64,000 nt of DNA. Source: Felis catus (lineage: Eukaryota). The notes beneath the pieces were generated by a model that ran no database searches, was not told the origin of the DNA, and was given only the letters and a program-made list of their open reading frames with translations. Numbering within the stretch: position 1 is the stretch's first letter; every line of letters begins with the position of its first letter. Where the stretch lies: the NCBI RefSeq assembly GCF_018350175.1, contig NC_058368.1:234176001-234240000 (forward strand), given 5' to 3'. This document shows, in pieces, positions 51,086 through 63,310 of the stretch. A program made the translations under genes and the position numbers.

Positions 51086-51369
51086 GACCCACAGGTTTGT
51101 TAGTACCTGCGATTAGAAATCCAGAGCCGGCTAGTTGCCCCTGTGGGTTCAGGTGCCCTCAGTGCTGTCAGTGACCCAGGCCCCTTTCACCTCTGTATGT
51201 CTCCACCCTTGGCTCACTGGCCTTGGCCATCCTCCCAGGGCCTCACGGATGCTGGCTGGGGGCTGTGGCTCCTGTCTTCTTGCCAGTGTGGCAGCCAAGG
51301 AGAGGGCAAAGGGGAAGAACCACATATGCTGCTTCTATCGGGAAAGCAAAGTTTTGAAAATAAGCCCAC

Positions 51370-51587
51370 GGGGCTCCTGGGTGGCTCAGTCTGTTAAGCG
51401 TCTAACTCTTGGTTTTGGCTCAGGTCACGATCTCACAGTTCGTGGGTTCAAGCCTGGTGTCGGGCTCTGTGTTAATGGTGTGGATCCTGCTTGGGATTGT
51501 CTCTTTCCCTCTCTCTCTGCCCCTCCTCTGCTCATGCATTCTCTCTCTCTCTCAAAAATAAATAAATAAACTTAAAAAAATAAAAAG
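51370..51587 (+). mobile_element. Can-SINE (older subtype)
   Basis: Full length; TSD aaaata.gcccac. Confidence 0.93.
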
Positions 51588-51599
51588 AAAATATGCCCA

Positions 51600-52217
51600 C
51601 AAGCCAACACTTCTCCTTTCAAAGTGTGGAGCCTTATCCCACTCCCCTTGACTGTGGGCCAGACTTAGCGCTCACTTTAAATGAACAGAGCACGGCATGG
51701 CAGTGTGGCCGCCCCAATGACCCTGCCTCTTAGTATTCATGGCTGAGTATGACCCCTGTCCCCAGTGCGGCCAGGACCTTCGACTTGTTTCTAACCAACA
51801 CAACATGGCAGATCACTTCGGTGGCTGTGTCACAGAAAGTGCATTGGAGTTTTAACTTCCATCTTTAGACAGCTCTCTTACTGGCTCTCCCTGGCTGGCT
51901 GATAAAGTGGCCGTGTTGGAGAAGCCCACATAGGAAAGAACTGAGGGCAGCCCCCAGCCGACAGTCCGCACCAGCTTGCCGACCAAGAGAACGGGTCACC
52001 TTGGAAGTGGACCCTCTGGCCCCAGTCAAGTCTCCAGATGACCAAAGCCCTGGCCACATTTTGACTGAAACCTCGTAAGAGATCCCAAGCCAGAACGACC
52101 CAAGGAAACCACTCTTAAGTTCCTCACTCACAGAAACTCTAAGAAAATAACTATTCACCATGCATTGAGCCACCGTGGTTTGGGGTAGTTTGTTACACAC
52201 GATAGATAACCAATACA
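51600..52217 (+). mobile_element. MaLR LTR (MLT1E/F-like)
   Basis: 'ccactccccttga.tgtgggc..gacttag...gaactgagggcagcc...gtttggggtagtttgttacacacgatagataaccaataca'. Confidence 0.85.
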
Positions 52218-53611
52218 AGACCCAGCACAAGTCCTGTGGCCACAACTAGGTCACAGGCCCACAGGCACTTGGCAAAGAAGAATGGGATCACAATACCTGG
52301 CTTAGTCCAGTAATGATCTGTCTCCTGGGATCCACCTTCCTCGAGATCAATGACCTTCATACGTTACAGACTGAGGTTTGATTAGCAGAGATGAAGTGGA
52401 GAAGGAGAGTGAGGGTTAGCCTTTGATGAGCAGTAACGTTGCATCTGACACACGAATGCTGACTTATGGGTTAAAGATACAGGTTTGGCTACAAATTCAC
52501 CCAATAAATCTGAAAAGAATAAAAATAAAATGTATGTAACAAATTCAGGGGGGGAAGACAGGCTTAAAACAAAGAAACAAGAAAACCCTGGGATACTAAG
52601 AAGAACCATGGTCTTCCCTAGCTACCCCCTCCGTTCGGTGCACCGAGGAAACATATTCACCTGGAATTAATGACACAATTTTGGTATCTCATGCAGCTTA
52701 CTAAAACGTGATCCCATCCTAATGGATGTCTCAGTTGTTGGAAATGGCTGGACCTGTGTTTTACTATGACTGAATTGGGAACCCCAAAAAAGGAAAGGTT
52801 AAAGGAAGGTCAGCATCTGTGGAGAGGCATGTGGGGCAGCGGGCTGGTGGGTCTCTTCCATTCTGGCCAACCCGTCTGGTGAAGAGCATGAAATATCCCA
52901 TAAGAATCACCATTTACAATGATTCCAGGAGACATTACAGCACTTCAGCTCCAGTGACAAAAACATCAAGCAGAGACAAAAGGAGGGTTTTATATCTCGG
53001 TGGCCAAGGCTATGAAGCAATGAGGGGGGAAGGGTTTCTCTTTCTGAAGTCCTGGGTGGGGTGGAGGAGGGCTAGTGCGATGGACAGGGGTAGGGGGGAG
53101 AGACCCAAAATCTTAGTCCAGTCACGCCTGAAGGCTGCATCTTGGAGCTGTTCAGCCCAAAGTGCCCCTGCATCCATGAGCAAGAGCCCAAAGTCACAGC
53201 CAATGTCAAGGAAGAACGTACTTCCAGGAACCTTTATTAAAATTCATTGCCACCTCCACTTCCTGCCTCACCCAGATGCCCATGGATGTGAACATGCTCT
53301 GAATTCCTCTGTCAGCCACCATCTCCACCGACTTTCCCCGGCTTAAAGCACACACACCAAATGCAAGCCACACAAATGCTTTCTTGAGGGGTAAGGATAC
53401 AGATCTAGCTACAAATTCACCAAACAACCACAGCGGGGACTCATGAGCATGTTCATCAAAACTTCTTTATGAAAAAAAATCTGGTTCCCAAAACCATCAA
53501 GAAAATTATTTGATAATGAAAACTAACTTTCAAAAGCTGATCGTTTGGTGTAATACTGTAAAAGGCAATTGTTTTAAGGGAGGAAAATAAAAATCTGCCA
53601 ATAGAGGATAA

Positions 53612-53807
53612 ATTTTCTAAAATGTTTATTTATTTTTGAGAGAGAGAACACAAGCAGTGGAGGGGCAGAGAGAGAGAGGGAGACACAGAATCCGAAGCAG
53701 GCTCCAGGCTCTGAGCTGTCAGCACAGAGCCCGATGCAGGGCTCGAACCATGAGATCATGACCTGAGCCAAAGTCAGACATTTAATCGACTGAGCCACCC
53801 AGGTGCC
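53612..53807 (-). mobile_element. Can-SINE
   Basis: Reverse copy with a small internal deletion. Confidence 0.93.
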
Positions 53808-54080
53808 TCTACAGGACAGATTTAATAGGAAAAGTTATCTAAGAACTTTCTACGTTTACTACTAATTCTGACCCCTTATTCCTAAGAGAAATGAACAGTT
53901 GGGGACACATTTTCAGTAAAGTCTTTCTGAACAGTAATTTTGCAGGAGTGTTTGTGTTCATTTTAAGCCACTGAAAAGCAGCCAGAGATGGTCCTAAAAC
54001 AAATCTGTGAAGAACTTTCAGGGTGGAAGCCTGGATCACTGGGGGCCAGCAAGCAGTGCCTTTAATAATCACCAATGGCA

Positions 54081-54289
54081 GGGGTGCCTGGGTGGCTCAG
54101 TCGGTTAAGCGTCTGACTTCGGCTCAGGTCATGATCTCATGGTTGGTGGGTTCGAGCCCCGCGTGGGGCTCTGTGCTGACAGCTCGGAGCCTGGAGCCTG
54201 TTTCGGATTCTGTGTCTCCTCCTGTCTCTGCCCCTCCCCTGCTCATGCTCTGTCTCTCAATTATAAATACACTTTTTAAAAAATTGAAA
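54081..54289 (+). mobile_element. Can-SINE
   Basis: Full length; TSD aataat.accaatggca. Confidence 0.95.
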
Positions 54290-54910
54290 AATAATTACCA
54301 ATGGCAGCCAGGCTAAACCAACAAAGACTGGTTCGTTGCACAAATGTCAAGCTATGAAAATCTCCAGCTTCCAGAACAAAGGGGTGAAATATTTCCTTAA
54401 TGCTTTTATCAGCTCTAATTAATAATAGTGCTTGGCCTCAATGACTGAGAATCTTAACACACAACAAAACTTCATGAGGCAGGAAAGTCACGATGCTCGT
54501 CTCTCAGTCCACCCTCCGAGGCAGCCTGCACGGAGCTGAAGTCAGAGAGACCCGGCACCACTCCGGAGAGGCCCCTGCAACATGGGACCATATTCCACCC
54601 CGTGGGCACCTGTGCTGGTGACCACGTGAACGCCTGGAGCTGAGCTCATCTGTTGCTCATTCAAACGAGTCCCAGAGGCCCTCACACAAGGAAAACTCGT
54701 TATCACAGAAAGGACCTGGTCTGCTACGAGAACCACCCAGAAGAAGATGTGGGAAGTCACTTGGGTGCTCTGGGAGGCCAGGGGAGGCAGGTACTTGAGA
54801 TCCCACGTCCGGAGTTTGGAACCCTCCTCTAGGCAGGAATAAGTGTCACTTCACTATGTCTTAAGACATTAACAAGCTTTCTGAGTCATTTTGTTTTTAA
54901 TATAAATTTA

Positions 54911-55038
54911 AGGGGAGCCTTGGTGACTCAATCGGTTAAGCACATGATTCTTGATTTCGGTTCGGGTCATGATCTCATAGTTTGAGGATTCAAGCTCTGC
55001 ATCGAGCTCCGTGCTGACAGTTCAGACCCTGCTTGGGA

Positions 55039-55091
<53 letters not shown>

Positions 55092-55120
55092 TTTAAACTT
55101 TTAAAAAATTTTAAAAAACA
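54911..55120 (+). mobile_element. Can-SINE (older subtype)
   Basis: Degenerate head, long (CT)n. Confidence 0.9.
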
Positions 55121-55928
55121 TTAATCTAAGTGCTAATTTTCAAGTGCTAATGCTGAGGAAAGACGCACACATAACACAAAATAGCAGGTGCTAACAGGTT
55201 ATTTGTATCGGGCCTGGGAAAGCAATTTACAGTTACATTTGAATGAGAGCTAGCCCCACGCTCGGAGACGATGCCACGCTTCTGGCAAATGGTGAGGGTC
55301 CTGGGTGAGGAAGACAGCCCGCATGGCCCATAGTCACCTCTTTAGCTGGACGGCGTCCGACAACTTGAACCGCAGGGACACGATGGTCCTGACCACTCAC
55401 ACGCCGACTCAGGGCTGAGCCTGGAGGAAGCGTGGACACAGCGGAATGGGGGTGAGCACACGGTCGGTTTGCACGGAAGGGGTATACGCACCTACGCCGT
55501 GCGTTTGAGTGGGCCCTCAAAGCCCCATCCCCCAAGGAACCCTCTCATCTGCCCCCTTTGTCTTTGCCAAGGCATCTGCTCAGAGTACTCGCTCCGTCAA
55601 AACGCAGCATATAGAGACCCTACCTCCAGGCGTCTGCCCAGGACAGGACCTCATACCAGGAGAGGACAAATGCTTCTGCAGACGTCATTCTCTGGCCTTT
55701 GACACCTTCCTGGTGGATTTGGTGCAAGGATGGGAACTGTTTTCTGAGAGCGCAGAGGTGTTGGTTGGCCTGAGTTTATTCCTCCAGTTCGGAGGCAGAG
55801 ATGCTCAGGGAACAGCTCAGCCCAGCAGTGGGAGGGTTTGCTTTGAAATGACGGGCACCAGAATCAAATGTCGATGTCCAGCCGGAGCCCTCTAGGTCCC
55901 ACAGCCAAGTTCAGGAGAGAGCGGCCAC

Positions 55929-56125
55929 ATGCGTGTGCTCATTCACACGGGCACAACCACACACACGCGTGCACACACATGTTCACATACATGGGCGCTC
56001 CCAGGCACGCACTCACGTATACATGCTCGCACTTATGCACTCATTCACACGGGCACAACCACACACACATGCGTTAACACACACATATACACACGCACAC
56101 ACTCACACACACATGGTCACACACT
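55929..56125. repeat. Degenerate (CA)-rich tract with an internal 29-bp duplication
   Basis: ctcattcacacgggcacaaccacacacac at 55938 and 56040. Confidence 0.85.
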
Positions 56126-56159
56126 CTCCTGCCCATGACCTCGTCTCTCTTGTGTTTGC

Positions 56160-56440
56160 TACACAATAGTCACACTAGCTTCCTGTCTTCCTTCAGAACA
56201 CAGGAGTGTGTCCCCTGACGGCCTTTGCACGAGCTTCTCCCCCACTTCTGTCAGGAGTTGGTTTCAGTGAGTCCTTCTCTGGCCCCGACAAGATCCGCGT
56301 GGGAACTCTGCCCACCCCGACTCCTTGCCCCTCCTCCACTCCTCTTTCTCTTCCGCTCTTAGCAACACCCACACGCGCGTGTTGCACAACATGTACCCCA
56401 CACCCCTCCCCAGTGAGAATGCAAGCCCCTTGTGGGCCGG
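56160..56440 (+). mobile_element. L2 fragment
   Basis: 'gtcacactagcttcct.tcttccttcagaacaca...ggcctttgcac'. Confidence 0.6.
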
Positions 56441-57027
56441 GCTTCTGGTCTGAACGCGAGAATGATTCACGACCGCGCCTACCCCAGCCCTAGACCCGCT
56501 GCGGCGGCACAGGTTAACTTATTTCCTCGTCACCCCAAATCCACACCTCCCTGCCCGCTTGGGACCCTGCGAACACCCCTTGTTGACCAGCTTTGTCAGC
56601 AGAGGGCGCCGGAGGGCCACTGCAGGAGCCAGAAGGGGCTCTCTGGATTCTGGTGGGCTTCCGCGGGCGGCCTTCCCGGTTCTGGCGAGCCCCTCTTGTC
56701 CTGACCGTGGCACGAGGGACCCTTCATGACGCCAACCCGCCCACACACTGAGCATCCCACAGCGGCTTCCTCGCGAACCTCTTCTGCACCCGGCACGTGA
56801 CCTCCAGCTTGCTGTCCACACTGCAGCTCCCCCGCCCCCCGAAAACGTTTCCCCACCAGCGAGCCTCAGTCACACCCCCACAACAAGGTCAGCATCTTGG
56901 GCAGAGGGACCTTCTTCCAAACGTGTTCCTTCCTCGGGCGCTCTGCCTCAGCCTTGGACGCCCTGCCCTGTGTCTGCCAGGTTATCTCACCTGCAAACAG
57001 TCAATCCCCTGTTGCTGGTTCATATAT

Positions 57028-57204
57028 ATTTTTAAGTTTATTTATTTATTTTGAGAGAGAGAGAGAGGGCAGGGGAGGGGCAGAATCGCCAGCAGGCTCT
57101 GTGCTGTCAGCGTGGAGTCTGACGCGGGACTCCCTCCCACGAACCGTGAGATTGTGACCTGAGCTGAAGTCGGACGCTCGGTCGGTTGAACCACCCTGGC
57201 GCCC
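57028..57204 (-). mobile_element. Can-SINE
   Basis: Reverse copy, shortened. Confidence 0.9.
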
Positions 57205-57523
57205 TTGGTTAATATTTTTGCATTAAAAGTTTCCAGTTCAAACTGTTGTCTGTCCCCTTACCGGACCCTGCCGGACGCTCCAGGGTTTGGCACACAATTG
57301 TTCTCATTAAGTATTTGCTTGGAAGAATGGATTGCCCACCTCCATCCACTTGAGACCATTACCATTTCAAGTTCACAGAGACCAGACTTACTGGGCTTCA
57401 TTTACATCATGGGCAGGAGACAGCAGTCCACGCCAACCCTCTCTGGTCCTCACGCAAGGTTGGCAGGCCCTTTGCTTCTTCTCTGATCCCTAGCATCCCT
57501 CTGGTCTTAGTATATACATATAT

Positions 57524-57827
57524 ATTTTTAATGTTTGTTTATTTTGAGAAGGAGAGGGAGACAGAGAGAGAGGGAAAGAGAGAGAGAGAGATTGAGAGAC
57601 AGAGACAGAGCACAAGAGGGGGAGAGGCAGAGAGAGAGAGAGGGAGACACAAAATCTGAAGCAGGATCCAGGCTCCGAGCTGTTAGCACAGAGCCTGACG
57701 CGGGGCTCAAACCCATAAACCACAAGATCATGACATGAGCTAAGTCAGATGCTTAACCCACTGAGCCACCCAGGTACCCCTACAACTTTTTTTAAGGTGT
57801 ATATATATACAGATATATATATATATG

Positions 57828-57870
<43 letters not shown>

Positions 57871-58054
57871 TTTTTAATGTTTATTTTATTTTTTTGAGAG
57901 AGCATGTGAGCAGGGAGAGAGGTGGGGGAATGGGGACAGAGGATCCAAAGAAGGCTCTGTGCTGACAGCCATGATCCAACATGGGGCTCGAACTCACAAA
58001 CTATGAGATCATGACCTGAGCCGAAGTCAGATGCTCAACCGGGTCACCCAGGTG
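57524..58054 (-). mobile_element. Two reverse Can-SINEs (57524-57780; 57870-58054) separated by (TA)n
   Basis: Two reverse heads and two poly-T tails. Confidence 0.92.
57798..57868. repeat. (TA)n microsatellite
   Basis: Directly visible. Confidence 0.95.
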
Positions 58055-58385
58055 ATATTTTTAATTGTGGTAAAACTTATGTAACATGGGATTTACCATC
58101 TTAATCATTTTTAACTAATAAAGTAGTTTTAAGTATATTTACATATATGTACATTGTGGTGCAACCAATGTCCAAAACGCTTTCACCTCCCCCAGCTGAG
58201 ACTCTGTCCCTGTGAAAGTCTAACTCCCTGCGCCCCTCCCCACAGACCCTGGAAGCCACTGGTCTACTTTCTGTCTCTATGAATTTGACTCCCCTGGGTA
58301 CCTCATATAAGTGGATTCATACAGCATTTGCCTTTTTGTGACTGGCTTAGTTCTAGCACAATATTCTCAAGAGTCATCCAGCTTT
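58055..58385 (-). mobile_element. L1MB-type 3' end
   Basis: 'aattgtggtaaaa...tttaccatcttaa.catttttaa...ctactttctgtctctatgaatttgact...ttgtgactggctt'. Confidence 0.88.
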
Positions 58386-58590
58386 GGGGCGCCTGGGTGG
58401 CGCAGTCGGTTGAGCGTCCGACTTCAGCCAGGTCACGATCTTGCGGTCCGTGAGTTCGAGCCCCGCGTCGGGCTCTGGGCTGATGGCTCAGAGCCTGGAG
58501 CCTGTTTCCGATTCTGTGTCTCCCTCTCTCTCTGCCCCTCCTCCGTTCATGCTCTGTCTCTTGTCCCAAAAATAAATAAAAAACGTTGAG
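58386..58590 (+). mobile_element. Young feline SINE (SINEC_Fc-type)
   Basis: Diagnostic bases; short tail, no TSD seen. Confidence 0.95.
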
Positions 58591-59997
58591 AAAGGTCAAA
58601 CAAGTTCTCCAAGGTTCCGCACCTCAAGGTGGCCCCGCTGGCTTCCAGCACATCCCCGTATCCCACGCCGTGTTCGTACTCTGTGGCTCGGATGCGGAAT
58701 AATGAGGGGGAAATCTAACGAAGCCGACCCTTCCCAAACCTGCAGGATTTCAGCACACACGCACCGCCGGGGCAAGTTCTCCCCAAAGAAAATATTATAC
58801 GAACCTAGGTGTGCCCACTACTACTGGGTGGTACGGGGGAAGGAACAGAGGGTAGAGACAGGATGTCTTTATTTTTATCGGAATGCATCCACAGTTCTCG
58901 AATGGCCCCACACGGGCAGCTGAGCCACATCTCTGCCCACAGCCATGAAATTGGACAGATTTATTTTCTACTCAGATGTTGGGCTCCAGCTTGTGTCTGT
59001 ACCGCACCCCACCCCCCATGAGCAGCTCCAGGGCTGGGGCAGAGGCCCGGACTCACTCAAACGAGCAATCCCCAACCCACCCTGACCTCAGCCAGCCCCA
59101 CGCTTCCTCCTCAGGCCACACCAACCAGACGACGGCAAGAGCCCCCATCCTGCCCCACGTGCATTCGCTTTCTCTATGTGACATCTCGTTCAGGCCATTC
59201 TTTTCAACCCGTCATATAGAGAACGGCCCATGGCCAAAAGCTTCTTAGGTCTCACCTGATGGTCCCTGCGTCATCAGGCTCTTACGTCTGAGCACCAGGA
59301 AATCGAATTTGAAACCTCGTATCCTGTCACAAGTAAAATGTTAGCTACAGGTGCTAATGCTCAGAGAAAGCAATGCGTCCGGGGCTTGTTTGGTAATCTG
59401 TGAACAGGATTTTACAACATCCTTTTAAAGAAAATTTTCTAGCGCTAGAACAGCCGAGGGACGAGTTATTGGAAAAGCAGCAGGTGAGGAGTTCAGAGAG
59501 TTCCAGGAACTCACTAAACACACTCAAGGCCACATCCTGACGCATCCCCATCACATGATAACGTTGACGCACCTCTGTCTGTCTCGAGGGGTCTTGGACA
59601 TAGTGTGGTCAAAGCAAAGACTGTCTCAGAAGGCAATGTTTCGTACAAATTTGGGGAATCAGGTCCAAATAGAAATAAGATGTTTTAAGGGACTTATAAC
59701 AGGTCTTTGCAAGCATACATCAGCTGTACCAGTGCCTGACAGGTGCCATCCGTGCAAAAGCCAAGATGTGCTGATTAAATCCCCCTCCCCAGTATAATAA
59801 AGGAAATTGAGTGACATTGATGGACAAACTTGACTCATCGAAGAGGAGAAACAACCAAATGGGAGGAAATGTAAAAGATCGATTCTCCTCTTCTCCATGT
59901 TTGAAGCTGTTTTTGCTTGGAATTGATTTCATCTTCTCCCGACTCTTGGTACCCCCACGGTGGCTGCAGCTGACACTAGAAAGAGCTATGTGCCAAC

Positions 59998-60123
59998 GTC
60001 CCTGGAATGCCCATAAATATCGGGGCTCCTGGCAAGTGACAGAACCCAGCATCAACAATGTCCCCAGAATGCCCATAAATATCGGGGCTCCTGGGAAGTG
60101 ACAGAACCCGACATCAACTAGTC
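59998..60123. repeat. Tandem duplication, period 62 bp, two copies
   Basis: gaatgcccataaatatcggggctcctgg.aagtgacagaaccc at 60005 and 60067. Confidence 0.92.
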
Positions 60124-60594
60124 CGAGCCGCAAAGGGACACATCATCCTACCTACGTGAGGAGTCTAGGATAAATTTTCAGCGTAGCTGAATCCAGAGGA
60201 TAAACAACATTGTCAGGACGCTCTCTCTCCCTCGAAGATCTGCTGTCTCCACTCAGCTCTGTGTTTTGGTCTCGATGACTCTCACTACAATACAACAACG
60301 TCCAACTATGGGTAAGGACGCTTCTGACATTCCAGCTGCTAGATTCACAGCCACCACTTCCCATCCAGTTCCAGCAAAAAGCCCAGAGACGTCCTTCGAT
60401 CAGCCTGATTTTAGTAAAATGTCTCTCAGAGTGAATGATGTGGCTACTATAATTTTATTTCTCGGCCTGTATGTACTCAACACAATACCTGGGGTGGGGG
60501 AGGGGGGGTGTGATTGCCACGCCTACAGGACACGTGGGTGAGCAATGTCTCTGCCTCAGTGTCCTTGAACTTGTTCTGTGCTTCCAACCAAGGA

Positions 60595-61010
60595 TGTGAT
60601 GATTAAATGTATGTGTTAACGTGGGCTGGGCCAAGATGCCCAGACATTTAGCCAACCATTATCCTGGACGTTTCTATAAGGGTGTTTTTTGGATGAGATT
60701 AGCATTTAAATCGGTGGGCTTGGGGTAAGGCAGATTGCCCTCCATAATGTGGGTGGGCCTCCCCCAGTCAGTTGAAGGCATAAATGGAACAAGGCTTACC
60801 TCTCCCAGCAAGAAAGGGATTCTGCCTGCAAACAGCCCATGGACTTGACATGCTGAGCTGCAACTTTTCCCTAAGTTCTAGGGAATCCAAACTTGTGTGA
60901 TCCAATTCATTAAAATATATGAATAAATAAATCTCTTTCTCTCTCCACACACACACCCACACCCACACACCCTGTTGGTTCTGTGTCTCGGGAGGACGCT
61001 GACTGATACA
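60595..61010 (+). mobile_element. ERVL LTR (MLT2-type)
   Basis: 'tgtgatgattaa...gatgagattagcatttaaatc...gattgccctccataatgtgggtgggcctc...gttggttctgtgtctc...gactgataca'. Confidence 0.9.
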
Positions 61011-61285
61011 AGGGGGATGTTGAGAAGAGGGACAAAGAGGCACCTTTGGGAAGCACATTTGCTAAATCCTTTCTCAGAAGAGGAGAGGAAATAAGAGGAT
61101 GTTTCCCCCAAACTCTCTCTGGAGCTCTGGTTAGCACCTCTCATATTTAAGACACTGACAACAAACAGCTTTCTTCTCCTCTCTTATAGCTATGTCACCG
61201 TCACGAGGTGAATGAGCCCGTGGACCACACGAGCGAATCCAGCAGGTCACCGCGGGCTACCACACTAAACCACGTTGACCATTGT

Positions 61286-61505
61286 CTTTTTTTCTTTTTA
61301 ATATCTATTCATTTTTGAGAGAGAGAGAGAGACAGAGCACAAGCAGGGAGGGGCAGAGAGAGAGAGGGAGACCCAGGATCCGAAGCAGGCTCCGGGCTCT
61401 AAGCTGTCCTCACAGAGTCCAAGTTGGGGCTCAAACCCATGAACTGTGAGATCATGACCTGAGCTGAAGTCGGATGCTTAACCGGCTGAGCCACCCAGGT
61501 GCCCC
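61286..61505 (-). mobile_element. Can-SINE
   Basis: Reverse full-length copy; TSD accattgtctt. Confidence 0.95.
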
Positions 61506-63099
61506 TGAAACCATTGTCTTATCCAGTGTTTTACCAGGAAAAAAAAAAAAAAACTTGATAAAAAATGCCTCTCCTTTTTGCCCTCTCCTTACACCCTATT
61601 CCTCTATTTGTATTGCCAGGGAAAAGGGTTGCTGACCCCGAGTGAGGTCCCTAAAGAGGGGACATCCGTTTATTTAGCATATGCACAGACACAACACTAA
61701 GAAAGGAAAGATCCCTACTCTGCTCTCCCGCAGAGTCACCACCAAAACCAAACCCAAGCTAACCTGCGTCCCCTCTGATGAATGAAATAGCCAAGAATCT
61801 TCTAACGTCCAGGAGGTTCTAGGCTATAAGGAAAACACAGCAGGAAATGCCAACAAGGCCCAGTGTTTCCTGTCTCCGTCAGTTGTGACTGACCCTGCAG
61901 CCGCCCACAGTGGGCAGACACTGATACCAACAACCCTCAACGCAGCGTCGATTTCCATCCTAGCCTGCCATGACTCAGTTTCCCCATCCATGAGACAAAA
62001 ACGTGAAGACAAAACTTCCCTCCCATTTCTTGCGAGGACCAGCACAAGCACCGACAAAACACTCCATATACAAAAAGGATCTTCAATCACATATCAGACT
62101 GACGGACAAAAGTGATCTCCAAGAGAATTAGCAGCACGACTAAAATTAAGCTTCTTTCTGCTTGCAGCCGCTCTCTTCAAAATAAGGAGCCTGGTGTTTC
62201 ACAAAGGCTGTCTGTGGCCCCCTTCTATTATTACAGCTGAACGCCTTTAGATGTCGTTCTGCACCACTAAAAATAAAACTCACGTGGGACCTAGAAGAAC
62301 CATTGCCAAATAATTAGAACCAAACTCAGGGTTTTTTGTATTTTTTTTAAGAGGGCCTATAAAACCATCTATAAATAGAAAGACTTTCCTGTTATTTGTA
62401 ATTACTGTATTTTAACGAAAACCACACTCCATTTGGCTGGGATTAGGAGGCTGCCTCCCAGGGCCTGCCGCCCCAAAGCCACGGATTAACACAGGGCCCA
62501 CCCTTCCATAGGGAAGCCTGGCTCCAGCCAAAGGAATCCCAGGGTGGGGATGTCACTGTACCTGACATATGTTTGTGGGTTCTCATTCCACATCAGTGAT
62601 TCTAAAGCTGCCTACAGCACGTGCATATTTCTAGAAGTCAAATGAGGGCTTAATTCACTCATCGTTACAGTAAATATGATCCCCAGATCGCCTACTCCAT
62701 GAGCTGGAGGAGGGAACATCCCTGGTGGCCTCTGGATGGATTCTGTAGCTCGTCCGTTTGCAGTCAGGCTGGTCTGAGAAGGGCTGAGCCAGATCAGCCC
62801 CTGAAAGCCTGGGCCTCCTGCTCTGCGCTGCCTCCGAGGAAGAGGGCTCACTCCTGCTTGTGCTGGCCCAGTGAGGACAGGGCTCCCACAATGTCCCTGT
62901 CAGGCCCGAGGACATCCATTCTGCTTCTTGCTGCGAAAACTAGCCTCCCTTGTCCCGGCCCCAAACAGTTCTGTCACCTGTTGGGAAGGTATGCCCAGAG
63001 CTTTGCCAAGCCAAACTGACTGCCCCGGGGGACGTGCAGGCTCAGTGTCCCCCGTTTCCTGTCTGCTACCCTGAGAGACCAGGTAACACTCATCGGGCA

Positions 63100-63310
63100 G
63101 CAGAAAGTCATTGCTCTGCTAGTTCCCAGCTCTGTGAGCTCGAGAATGTTCTTCAACCCCTCTCTGCCTCAAGGTCGTCATCTAGAAAATGGGAATGGAA
63201 ATTGCACCAACTCATTGGGTGGTTGTGAGGACGGAGCGAGTTAACTCAGGTAAGGAGCCTAGAATAGCTCCTGGCACACAGTCAGCCCTGTGTAGGTCCT
63301 TAGCTGTGGC
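63100..63310 (+). mobile_element. MIR
   Basis: 'agctctgtgagct...cttcaacccctctctgcctca...catctagaaaatgggaat...cctggcacacagt'. Confidence 0.75.

Larger units (their letters stand above)
50385..52330 (-). mobile_element. Old MaLR LTR (MLT1K-like) broken into pieces by later insertions
   Basis: Collinear pieces: 'tttaggctgcaagtaagaga' (near 50390), 51090-51360, and 'tggccacaactaggtcaca.gccca' (near 52240). Confidence 0.55.

Noticed and set aside
59443..59483. Possible 41-nt plus-strand exon (reads LEQPRDELLEKQQ; donor CAG|GTGAGG)
   Set aside because: Weak pyrimidine tract with a competing AG just upstream, and no partner exons found
60011..60024. Possible CArG box in the 62-bp duplication
   Set aside because: CCATAAATATCGG does not fit CC(A/T)6GG
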